This document shows positions 35,684 through 43,993 of a DNA stretch of 64,000 nt, piece after piece. A program made the translations under genes and the position numbers. The number at the start of each line of letters is the position of its first letter. Within the stretch, counting starts at the first letter, position 1. The notes below the pieces were generated by a model. It was given only the letters and a program-made list of their open reading frames with translations. It did not search any database and was not told the DNA's origin. Origin of the DNA: Candidatus Thalassarchaeum betae (GTDB lineage Archaea; Thermoplasmatota; Poseidoniia; Poseidoniales; Thalassarchaeaceae); assembly GCA_022447095.1 (NCBI GenBank), contig JAKUUP010000006.1, forward strand, positions 2,123 through 66,122. The letters are read 5' to 3'.

Positions 35684-36232
35684 ATGAGTGAGGAGGACTT
35701 GGTCACAAGAGCAGCCCAACATATCACACAGGGCGATTTCATGGGGGCGATGGCCCTTTTCGATTCCCATGTCGAAGCCAATCCTGACGACCCCGCGGGA
35801 TACCACGGATGGGCCGAGTCAGCACTGTTTGAGATTCAGCAGAACGGCAACATCGATGACAAGGGAGGCGACCGCATCAACGAGGGACAGGTGGCCGCCT
35901 ACTTCCGCAAGGCCTCTGGCCTGGAGCCTGACAATGCGGAGTACCTAGCCGCTCACGCCAACGCGCTGCTCGAATTCGATCGCATCCCGATGGCCGTACG
36001 CGAGTTCCAGAAGTTGCGAGATCTCGGAACCTCCTCTGATGAGGTCGACGTCTCGTTCCATCTGTACGAGGCGGCCCGCATGTTGATCGACGCCGTCGAC
36101 CTCAAGACCGACTTCGACCGAAGCCACCCCTTCGCCCAGCAGTTCGTCCCAGTGGCCATTGAATTCGCTTTGCTCGGCCTCGGATTTCCGTCAGCCGACG
36201 AAGCCGCCGAATACCTCGCTAAAGAGGAGTGA
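35684..36232 (+). CDS. TPR-like helical-repeat protein, hypothetical
   Basis: ATG at 35684 (MSEEDLVTRAAQHI...). Helical repeat character. Confidence 0.45.
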   Translation: MSEEDLVTRAAQHITQGDFMGAMALFDSHVEANPDDPAGYHGWAESALFEIQQNGNIDDKGGDRINEGQVAAYFRKASGLEPDNAEYLAAHANALLEFDRIPMAVREFQKLRDLGTSSDEVDVSFHLYEAARMLIDAVDLKTDFDRSHPFAQQFVPVAIEFALLGLGFPSADEAAEYLAKEE

Positions 36233-37122
36233 TCGGGGGAGTGCCCTTGGAAAGCGACCGTGTGATGGTCGCTTTCGGCTACCATGGAGATGCATTCCAT
36301 GGCTCTCAGGTCCAACCCTTGATCAGGACCGTCGAAGGTTCTCTGAGACTGGCCTTGGAGAGGCTCGGATGGTGGAGCGAGAACTGTCTGGAGATATCCA
36401 GTCGCACAGATGCTGGCGTAAGCGTGAGGATGAACCTCGCTCGAATCGACCTGCCCAGTTCTGTGTCTGGGTCGATTGAGGAGAGTAATCTGCTCAGGGC
36501 GATGAACAACAACCTACCCATAGGGATGGTGGTCTGGAAGGTGAGGAAAATCCCGCAGGTCACGCGTATCAGGCATTCCTCCTCGAGGCACTACCTATAC
36601 CGCACGGAGGTTATTTCAGATTGGCCCCAAGAGGTGGATGAGAAACTGTTCAACGAGGCCTGTTCCATGATAGAGGGCCATCATGACTTCACCAACTTAT
36701 GCAGATTGGAGGAGGGAAAAAATCCTGTCAGGACTGTGGACGAATGCATCCCCTGGATTTCTTCCGACGGCAGGGTTATCGGTATCTCGGTGAAGTCTCA
36801 GGCGTTCCTCTGGAACCAAGTCCGTAGGATAGCCAGTGCCATCTCCGGGGTCGTCTCCGGAAGGAACACTCTGGATGATATCCGCTCTGCTCTAGAGAAC
36901 CCAGAAGACCCCTTGGATATGGGGCGCTCACCCTCGGACGGATTGATGCTGTGGGCCATCGAGAACGAGGAGTCAGATGGCATGACCGATGGCTCGATGC
37001 CGGATACCAGTTGGTTCTCGACACCACCAAGGGACTCGCGCGAGCACACGAGATGGCTCGCTCTCGCCCGACTCGAGATGGCGACGCTGCTGGAGCGCGA
37101 GTGGCTGAAGCGACTCAACTGA
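36229..37122 (+). CDS. truA: tRNA pseudouridine(38-40) synthase
   Basis: N-terminus MVAFGYHGDAFHGSQVQP and catalytic Asp region RTDAGVS. 297 aa. Confidence 0.85.
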   Translation: MIGGVPLESDRVMVAFGYHGDAFHGSQVQPLIRTVEGSLRLALERLGWWSENCLEISSRTDAGVSVRMNLARIDLPSSVSGSIEESNLLRAMNNNLPIGMVVWKVRKIPQVTRIRHSSSRHYLYRTEVISDWPQEVDEKLFNEACSMIEGHHDFTNLCRLEEGKNPVRTVDECIPWISSDGRVIGISVKSQAFLWNQVRRIASAISGVVSGRNTLDDIRSALENPEDPLDMGRSPSDGLMLWAIENEESDGMTDGSMPDTSWFSTPPRDSREHTRWLALARLEMATLLEREWLKRLN

Positions 37123-37597
37123 GGCGAATCCTGACTTCGTCACCGTCCTCGCAGGGCAGAGCCTCGCGTAGGAACGACGACGAGATCACCTCGGCAGTCT
37201 CTGTGTGGCGAGTCAGGTCGGGGATGAGGATGGCGCACTCAATCCACTCGTCACCGCCCCTGGTTATTTCGGCATCGAATGCGGTCGCGCCGCCGAACGA
37301 GCGCCCGTCTCGCTCGAAACCGTGGATTCGGAGTGGCTTCGCCCCCTCTGCCCCCTCTCCCTCTTCGAGGCCTGCTATGACTCGCAGACTCTTGTAATCG
37401 GCGAGGTTGTCGCCGTACAGACTGATGTTGAGTGTGCCAGGCCAGGCCCCCGCTCCTAATACTCTCTTGAACTGATTCTGGTAGTGCGGCTGGGCCATGA
37501 ACACATGGGCCCGGCCAAGACCACTCGCAACGACCCCCTGCAGATGCACGCGACTGCCGCGCGGCGACCGCTCATAATGTTCGGCATTGTGAATCAA
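37115..37597 (-). CDS. ribK: archaeal CTP-dependent riboflavin kinase (MJ0056/RibK family)
   Basis: Motif GVVASGLGRAHVFMAQPHYQNQFKRVLGAGAWPGTLNI (G-x-V-x-SGLG...PGTLN). Confidence 0.8.
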   Translation of the reverse strand: MIHNAEHYERSPRGSRVHLQGVVASGLGRAHVFMAQPHYQNQFKRVLGAGAWPGTLNISLYGDNLADYKSLRVIAGLEEGEGAEGAKPLRIHGFERDGRSFGGATAFDAEITRGGDEWIECAILIPDLTRHTETAEVISSSFLREALPCEDGDEVRIRLS

Positions 37598-38472
37598 AGC
37601 GCAAAGTGTTGGCCCTGTCTACCCACGTTCCACCCTAGGTCTGAGACCTCCTCGCCCTGGCTTGAGCCCGACTCGAGGAGTGGGTTGGAATGATTCAGGT
37701 GGATGAAGTGTATCTCGGGATCTTCCCCGACCCTCTCCCCCAGCCTCGCTATTGTCTCGGTGACCGTTGGATGTGGTATCTGTGACATATCCCGACCAGG
37801 CAACTCGTCCGAGTCCCAGAATGAACCATCGACAAACGCGATGTCAATACCTAGGAGGGACAGCCACTGACGCACAGAATTCGCCCCATGTCTTGCCAGC
37901 GTTTGCCCCCAGTCATCGTGATCGGGAAGGAACAGCAGGGAACGCATCGGCCCTCTGATGACGATAGCGTGGGTGTCGGCGAACTCGTCCCTGTGGGGAA
38001 CGGGAATGAACTCCATTTCAAAGCCGCAGTCAGCGCTGGGCTTGAACCGCTCCATCGAGGCGACCTCAGATGGGCTGAAGGGCGATAGCGAACCTCTACT
38101 GCCAAGCTCTTCTATCACAGAGGGACTCGCGAACAGAGGCAAACCGGAGCAACCCATCACCTCGTCACCGAACTGACCCAGACCATCGATATGACCCAAG
38201 TGGACGTGCGTAAGAGTGACTGTGTCTGGTCGGGCTACGCCGTCCGCTCCGATGGCCTCGGCCCACAGCCTCATCTGGTCAGGCAGCGAACGGCTCGCCT
38301 CAATCAGGTGAAGACTACCGTCACTTCCTCTAATCCCGCAGGCGACTGGATGCCTGCGCAGCGAGTGGTCCGCATGCGCAGCCATGCATCTCGGGCACGA
38401 GCACCCTGCATGAGGCACGCCTCCGTCCTGCGCTGTACCGAGCAGGACCAGAGTCACCCCCGTGCCGGACAT
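37594..38472 (-). CDS. metallo-beta-lactamase-fold hydrolase, PqqB/PhnP-like
   Basis: N-terminus LLGTAQDGGVPHAGCSCPRC resembles the PqqB/PhnP N-terminal CxC motif. HxHxDH-type THVHLGHIDG. Stop overlaps the ribK start (4 nt). Confidence 0.7.
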   Translation of the reverse strand: MSGTGVTLVLLGTAQDGGVPHAGCSCPRCMAAHADHSLRRHPVACGIRGSDGSLHLIEASRSLPDQMRLWAEAIGADGVARPDTVTLTHVHLGHIDGLGQFGDEVMGCSGLPLFASPSVIEELGSRGSLSPFSPSEVASMERFKPSADCGFEMEFIPVPHRDEFADTHAIVIRGPMRSLLFLPDHDDWGQTLARHGANSVRQWLSLLGIDIAFVDGSFWDSDELPGRDMSQIPHPTVTETIARLGERVGEDPEIHFIHLNHSNPLLESGSSQGEEVSDLGWNVGRQGQHFAL

Positions 38473-38571
38473 CAGTTGGCGGTGAACAGCATCGGAAATG
38501 AAGCAGTCGGGTGCTGAAAATCAGGTATGTTGTTCCGATGGAGCCATGAACCGGACCGGTATTTGCGGGCT

Positions 38572-39750
38572 ATGGCGGCTGACCTGTCGTGGATGCGCGA
38601 GCGCTACGAGCAACTTCGTTCGCAGGGACTCGACTGGAATCCTCCAACGCTGCAGTCGGCCAGCGAGCCGCGTTGCATCATCGACGGTCAGGAGATGGTC
38701 ATGCTCTCGGCCAACAACTATCTCAATCTCTCAACTCACCCAAAAGTTGTCGAAGCCTCCATCGAAGCCACTAGGAAGTACGGGGCAGGTTCGGGCTCGG
38801 TCAGAGCCATCGCGGGCACCCTCGACCTTCACTTAGAGGCGGAGCGAATCTGCGCCCAGTTCAAACAGGTCGAGGCGGTGCTGATATATTCGTCAGGATA
38901 CACGGCAAACGTCGGCCTCATCCCGACACTGGTGCGCGGCTCTGAGGACATCATCATCTCCGATGAACTCAACCATGGTTCCATCATTGACGGCGTCCGC
39001 TTAACCAAGGCCTCGCGAGCTGTATACCAGCACAACGACATGTCCGCGCTTGAGCAGATTCTGAGGGAGCATTCCGGGAGCGAGAGGAAACTGATCATCA
39101 CCGACGGCGTGTTCAGCATGGACGGCGATATCGCGTTGCTTGACGAGATTACCGAGCTCGCCGACGAGCACGACGCGATGGTGTTCGTCGACGACTGTCA
39201 CGGCGAGGGCGTCCTCGGCGAGGGCCGCGGCATCGTCGCGCACTTCGGTCTGCAGGGCCGGGTGAACTTCGAGATTGGCTCCTATTCCAAGGCTCTGGGC
39301 GTGCAGGGCGGCATCGTCGCCGGTAGCGAGGAGGTCCGCAGACACGCTCTCAATCACAGCCGCTCTTGGTTGCTCTCGGGCAGCCAGCCCCCCGGAGTCG
39401 CCGCCGCGCAGAAGGCAGCGATAGAGGTGCTGATGTCAGAGCCTGAGCACGTGCAGAGGCTGTGGGAGAACACCGATTACTTCCGCGGCGAACTCGATTC
39501 AATGGGCTTCGACACCGGAGTGAGCGAGACACCGATCATCCCCGTTATGTGCGGCGAGAGTGGACTGGCTCAGAACCTCTCGGCAGAACTGCGAAAGGTT
39601 GGAGTCATGGTAGGCGCCATTGTGTTCCCGATGGTGCCTCGCGACAAAGCCCGGGTCAGAACGCAGATGTCCGCAGGACTGACCCGCGAGGACATCGACG
39701 ACGTCTTGGGCAAGTTCGAGTCTTGCGGGCGTAAATTGGGACTGATATGA
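38572..39750 (+). CDS. 2-amino-3-ketobutyrate CoA ligase / 8-amino-7-oxononanoate synthase family (PLP-dependent acyltransferase)
   Basis: PLP lysine region GSYSKALGVQGGIVAG and glycine-rich GSGSVRAIAG. ATG at 38572 (listed ORF begins at 38527). Confidence 0.85.
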   Translation: MAADLSWMRERYEQLRSQGLDWNPPTLQSASEPRCIIDGQEMVMLSANNYLNLSTHPKVVEASIEATRKYGAGSGSVRAIAGTLDLHLEAERICAQFKQVEAVLIYSSGYTANVGLIPTLVRGSEDIIISDELNHGSIIDGVRLTKASRAVYQHNDMSALEQILREHSGSERKLIITDGVFSMDGDIALLDEITELADEHDAMVFVDDCHGEGVLGEGRGIVAHFGLQGRVNFEIGSYSKALGVQGGIVAGSEEVRRHALNHSRSWLLSGSQPPGVAAAQKAAIEVLMSEPEHVQRLWENTDYFRGELDSMGFDTGVSETPIIPVMCGESGLAQNLSAELRKVGVMVGAIVFPMVPRDKARVRTQMSAGLTREDIDDVLGKFESCGRKLGLI

Positions 39751-39760
39751 GGGCGATGAG

Positions 39761-39985
39761 ATGACGACGCAGACAACTGAGGCCAGAGAGAGACTGCTTG
39801 TGATATGGCTGGTTGCCTCGGCCTTCGGTATTATGTTCGCCGTGCTGTCTTGGTTGCAGGAGTCAGGACTTCTGCCTCCTGCTGACGAACTGGGTTTCTG
39901 GAAGGGACTCCTAGCTGTTCTGACAGGGCTCGTACTCTACTGGATTGTCGCCCGCAACATCCCCGGAGGTCCCGGCGATGAGTGA
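39761..39985 (+). CDS. small 2-TM membrane protein (74 aa), hypothetical
   Basis: ORF stop overlaps the next ATG; two hydrophobic helices. Confidence 0.35.
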   Translation: MTTQTTEARERLLVIWLVASAFGIMFAVLSWLQESGLLPPADELGFWKGLLAVLTGLVLYWIVARNIPGGPGDE

Positions 39986-40415
39986 GTTGGGCCGCTGGCC
40001 GATTAGTTGCGATATCCCTGTACAGTGGGGTGAGATGGATGCTCTCAACCACGTCAACCACACTGTGTTCATCAGGTGGATGGAGACGGCGAGGATGCAC
40101 TATTTCGTCGCCTGTGGATTCACCGACCTGCTCGAGCAGGAGGGAATAGGCCCAATTCTCGCGGGTCTCAATGTGGACTATCGCGCCCCCGTAACCTTCC
40201 CTGACACAGTCACGGTGCACACCACCATTACCAGCATCGGCACATCTTCGTTTCAGATGGGATACACGCTGACGAGCGCAGCCCTAGGGGGCCAGAAGGT
40301 AGTAACGGCCACTGTCTCAGGGGTGGTTTTCGACTACAACGCCAACCACAGCACGCCGATGCCCGACAGCCTACGGGCTAGGATACTCGAACTCGAGGCG
40401 AGTGGCAGCGGCTAG
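39978..40415 (+). CDS. acyl-CoA thioesterase, 4HBT/YbgC (hotdog fold)
   Basis: WGEMDALNHVNHTVFIRWMETARMHYF is the hotdog thioesterase signature. Confidence 0.75.
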   Translation: MSELGRWPISCDIPVQWGEMDALNHVNHTVFIRWMETARMHYFVACGFTDLLEQEGIGPILAGLNVDYRAPVTFPDTVTVHTTITSIGTSSFQMGYTLTSAALGGQKVVTATVSGVVFDYNANHSTPMPDSLRARILELEASGSG

Positions 40416-41146
40416 CCCGAGGCCTCGACCACTTCGTCAAGCTCCTCGTCACCAATATCGGCAGCATCTTCAGTTGGAGCTTCGGCAATCGTCTTGCGCA
40501 TGCCCTCGAAGGGCATCAGGCCACGGTCCAGCCTATCCAGTATCCTCCACCTAGGTGCGTACGACAGGTGAACGTAGAACGGCCCGGGGAAGACCAAGAG
40601 GAACCACCCAAGCCAAGTGGCGTACTCGGGAATCTCGTCCATCATCGAGACGGAGAGTAAGATCAGTCCGATGAAGGGGAACGGGAACAAGTACCTCCGG
40701 CGGTTCTCGAGACGAATCGGTGGGCGCTTTACCATAGAGGCCACGAAGGATGAGAAACCACCTAGAAAAGCCGTCATAGTCACTAGGATGAGCGTCTGCA
40801 TCCCCCATTCTCGGATTATCCCCTCCAACCCATTCCCATCCGCATTCCCTTGGTATCCGTATGGGAGCAGCAGGGTCAGTCCAATCAGCAAACCGTAGAA
40901 ACCACCGACGAACACAGGGTGGGAGACGGTCAGAGGGTAGCGCAGGAACATTCGGCTCAGCGAACCTCCTTCCAGCATGTGCCTATGGTCGGGGTCGAGC
41001 TCATCGAGCCTGTCACGCCAGTCAGACACGAGCATGCGCGCATACGCCCCCACTATCACCGTTGCGGGAACAAATCGCTGTTTTTCGACCCTCAGGGTGA
41101 TTTCCATCCACCAATCAGTTTGACGGAACCGGTCGGTAAGCCCCAC
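40412..41146 (-). CDS. polytopic membrane protein, hypothetical
   Basis: Multiple hydrophobic helices; the real start is probably internal (ATG at 41035 or 41107). Confidence 0.45.
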   Translation of the reverse strand: MGLTDRFRQTDWWMEITLRVEKQRFVPATVIVGAYARMLVSDWRDRLDELDPDHRHMLEGGSLSRMFLRYPLTVSHPVFVGGFYGLLIGLTLLLPYGYQGNADGNGLEGIIREWGMQTLILVTMTAFLGGFSSFVASMVKRPPIRLENRRRYLFPFPFIGLILLSVSMMDEIPEYATWLGWFLLVFPGPFYVHLSYAPRWRILDRLDRGLMPFEGMRKTIAEAPTEDAADIGDEELDEVVEASG

Positions 41147-41526
41147 TCGGGCTCGTCGGCAGCAGCATCCCTGATGAAAGGCGTCAATCCCACTCGCAGC
41201 CTAGCTATGTCGACACCCCAGATTCCGTGCTCGACTCCATCGAGCCTCCTGATCAACTTAGAAGCCATGTTCACGACGCCTCGGACCTTGCCGCGCTCGT
41301 AGTTGTACAGCAAAGCCGCGCACTGTATCATGCCTTGGACAGCGTCAATCTCCGCTCTGCACTCTCGAGGCTTGAGTCCCTTCCAGAGATCCTCCCAGGA
41401 TTCGTGCGCATGCCAGAACTCAGTCTGGTCGAAGAGTTCGCAACCCTCGATGAACAGCCCTTGCTCCTCTTCAGACAATTCACTCCAGTCAAGCAGTGTC
41501 GGATCGTGTGGCAGGGGTGCACTCAT
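41092..41526 (-). CDS. DUF309 family protein
   Basis: LFDQTEFWHAHESWEDLWKGL matches the conserved F-x-EAHE-x-LE-x-W core of DUF309. Confidence 0.6.
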   Translation of the reverse strand: MSAPLPHDPTLLDWSELSEEEQGLFIEGCELFDQTEFWHAHESWEDLWKGLKPRECRAEIDAVQGMIQCAALLYNYERGKVRGVVNMASKLIRRLDGVEHGIWGVDIARLRVGLTPFIRDAAADEPEWGLPTGSVKLIGGWKSP

Positions 41527-41606
41527 TTCGCATCTCCCCTCGCTGATTCTATTGTCGGAGAAGTTATCACGTGTTCCCCTCTAGGTGCGATAATTGGAGC
41601 ATTAAC

Positions 41607-42776
41607 ATGGGTGACGAGGACACACTCTATACAATAACAGAGACCGATCTCGACTCCGGTCTGAGAGGGGTCCCGGTAGGAACTTGCAAGACCTCCTATG
41701 TCGACCCGATTGAGGGCGTCCACTACGTCGGCTATCCCGTGGGGGACCTAGCCAACCTCGAGGAGGAGGATGTGATATTTCTGCTCATGCACAAGCATCT
41801 GCCCACACCAGATGAGTCCAAGGCGTTCCATGCTGAACTCGCACACAGGGCGGAGGAGATTCCAACAGGTGCGCTGCGTGTGCTAGAGTCACTGACTCCT
41901 GGAAGCGGTCACCCGATGGACTGGCTAGCAATCGGGATTATGTCTCTGGGCGCCGCTGACACCACCGGTGACGCACGGTCCGACTCGATGAACCTCATCG
42001 CTAGGATGCCGGAGTTGATGGCCCGGATCTTCCTGCTCCGGGGAGGCAAGCCAGGAGAACTCAGGCCACGCAAGCCCGAACTCGGGCTGGTCGAGAACTT
42101 CGTCCACATGCTAGGGGTCGAGGGCGCCGAGGCCGAGCGGATGGAGCGCATGCTACGATTCTTCTTCATACTGCACATGGACCATGGCGGCGGCAACCTC
42201 TCGACCTTCTCAGGTAAGGCTGTCGCCAGCGGGCGCGCCTCGATATACGCCTCTATCTCCAGCGCCATGAACGCGCTGTCGGGACCTTTGCACGGACGCG
42301 CCAATCAGGCTTGCCTTGAGTTCGTCCAGAGGATAGGGACCTCGGACTCCGATGAGATCGAGGCCTTCGTGCGCTCGGAGTTGGCAGCCCGCCGGCCAAT
42401 CTACGGTTTCGGCCACGGCGTTCTTCGCGCCGAGGACCCCCGGGCTAAACTCTTGATAGGACTCGGCGAGGAGATATGCCCTGATGACGAGAACTTCCGA
42501 ACCGTCACTGCCCTTCGAGAGGTCGTACCTCCTATCCTGAAGGAAATACCGAAGATTAGCAATCCGTACCCCAACGTCGACCTTGCCAGTGGGAGTCTTC
42601 TGAACTCGGTCGGCTTCCATAAGCCGGACTACTACACGACATTCTTTGGCTGGGCGCGAGTCGCTGGAATCTGCGCGCAGATACTGGATGAGCGAAATGC
42701 GCGTGAGGGCCGTGGCACACCGATTTACCGGCCGAAGTACATCGCCAGAGATCAGCCACACCGACGACTCGATTGA
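41607..42776 (+). CDS. citrate synthase
   Basis: ILHMDHGGGNLSTF (His/acid catalytic region), GFGHGVLRAEDPRA, and ATG at 41607 (MGDEDTLYTI). Confidence 0.9.
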   Translation: MGDEDTLYTITETDLDSGLRGVPVGTCKTSYVDPIEGVHYVGYPVGDLANLEEEDVIFLLMHKHLPTPDESKAFHAELAHRAEEIPTGALRVLESLTPGSGHPMDWLAIGIMSLGAADTTGDARSDSMNLIARMPELMARIFLLRGGKPGELRPRKPELGLVENFVHMLGVEGAEAERMERMLRFFFILHMDHGGGNLSTFSGKAVASGRASIYASISSAMNALSGPLHGRANQACLEFVQRIGTSDSDEIEAFVRSELAARRPIYGFGHGVLRAEDPRAKLLIGLGEEICPDDENFRTVTALREVVPPILKEIPKISNPYPNVDLASGSLLNSVGFHKPDYYTTFFGWARVAGICAQILDERNAREGRGTPIYRPKYIARDQPHRRLD

Positions 42777-43883
42777 TTAGTCTGTGTCGCCCGCTCCACG
42801 ATGCCCAATCAGTCTTGGACTGCCCCATGGTAGCCCATTCTCAGCCTCTGCGGCCCACTTGTCTTCCGACCCTGCCCAGAACATGCGATGGCCCTGCTCA
42901 GTGACCATTTCCCTCTTTCGACTACTATCTAATTCGGGCCATGTGGGGAGGGATTCTCCCGCTTCCCTGATCAAGTCACCTCGCTCTGAGTCCGAGGCAG
43001 CATCGAGGCGCCCGCGCCACTCATCGTCGAGCGGCTGGCTGGCAGGCCTCATCCAGCGTGCTTTGCCATCGGGTAGAGAGAAGACACTCGGGTCCATATG
43101 ATCGGAGATGAGCGATATTCCCGCTTCCAGCATCGAAGCCTCTAGTTCCAGCGGCGCAGGCCACACATGCAGCCCCATCCCTACTCGAGCTCTGTTGAGG
43201 CGCTCGAGCCCCCTTCCACTGATTGCCATCGGTGTTCCGGGATGTGCGAAACGCTCCCATCCCTGCAGGTACTGGAGGGCCATTGCAATGGCAGGCATCC
43301 CTTCCTCTCGATGCTCCTCGATCAGGCCTGTGACCGTGCTGAGCACGAAGCTCGGAGTCCCGACGAGTCGTTTGATCCAAAAACTGCCCCAAGGTCTGAG
43401 ATAGGGTGACAGGCGAGTCACTGGAAGCCCGAATCCTACTGATTTGGCGACAGGTCCGATTCTCGGGCTGAAGCTGTACACCAGTGCGGACCGGTCGGGC
43501 AGGTCAAATGGGTCAAGACTCTCTTCTAGGAGTCTCATCATGGCACTCAGATGAGCATCGACGTCGTCTATCTGCGCCGCTGGATGCGGAACTTTGAACT
43601 CGATGTTCGCAGTCTTTCCGCCGGCTTGCCAGACATCCGTTAATACTCCTTGAGAGAGCACCTCATCGAATGTCACGGTTCCTAGCGAGCGTATTTCGCT
43701 GGTACTCATCCTCTCGATACTCCTCTCGAATTTGTCCCCCTCTCCCGGAACCAGCTCGTTGTGGTAGACTACGAACTCGCCGTCGCTGCTGAGTCGGAGG
43801 TCGAATTCGATTCCGTCAGCGAACTGCATGCCATGCAGCAGCGCTGCGAGCGAATTCTCCTTGGGCTGGTCCCAGACAGTCAT
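42777..43883 (-). CDS. glycerophosphodiester phosphodiesterase (GDPD/GP-PDE) family protein with atypical topology
   Basis: N-terminus PKENSLAALLHGMQFADGIEFDLRLSSDGEFVVYHNE is the GDPD core without the preceding HRG. A canonical LIGHRGAGDTD segment sits at the extreme C-terminus. Confidence 0.7.
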   Translation of the reverse strand: MTVWDQPKENSLAALLHGMQFADGIEFDLRLSSDGEFVVYHNELVPGEGDKFERSIERMSTSEIRSLGTVTFDEVLSQGVLTDVWQAGGKTANIEFKVPHPAAQIDDVDAHLSAMMRLLEESLDPFDLPDRSALVYSFSPRIGPVAKSVGFGLPVTRLSPYLRPWGSFWIKRLVGTPSFVLSTVTGLIEEHREEGMPAIAMALQYLQGWERFAHPGTPMAISGRGLERLNRARVGMGLHVWPAPLELEASMLEAGISLISDHMDPSVFSLPDGKARWMRPASQPLDDEWRGRLDAASDSERGDLIREAGESLPTWPELDSSRKREMVTEQGHRMFWAGSEDKWAAEAENGLPWGSPRLIGHRGAGDTD

Positions 43884-43993
43884 GCCAACACTTCACGCGT
43901 GCGGCGTCCAGTCCAAGAATGCAATGACGGAACACGTACACCTCCTCCCCAATGCTCAAACCCTCAGACCTCCAGCGCCGTCTAGGTAGTACT

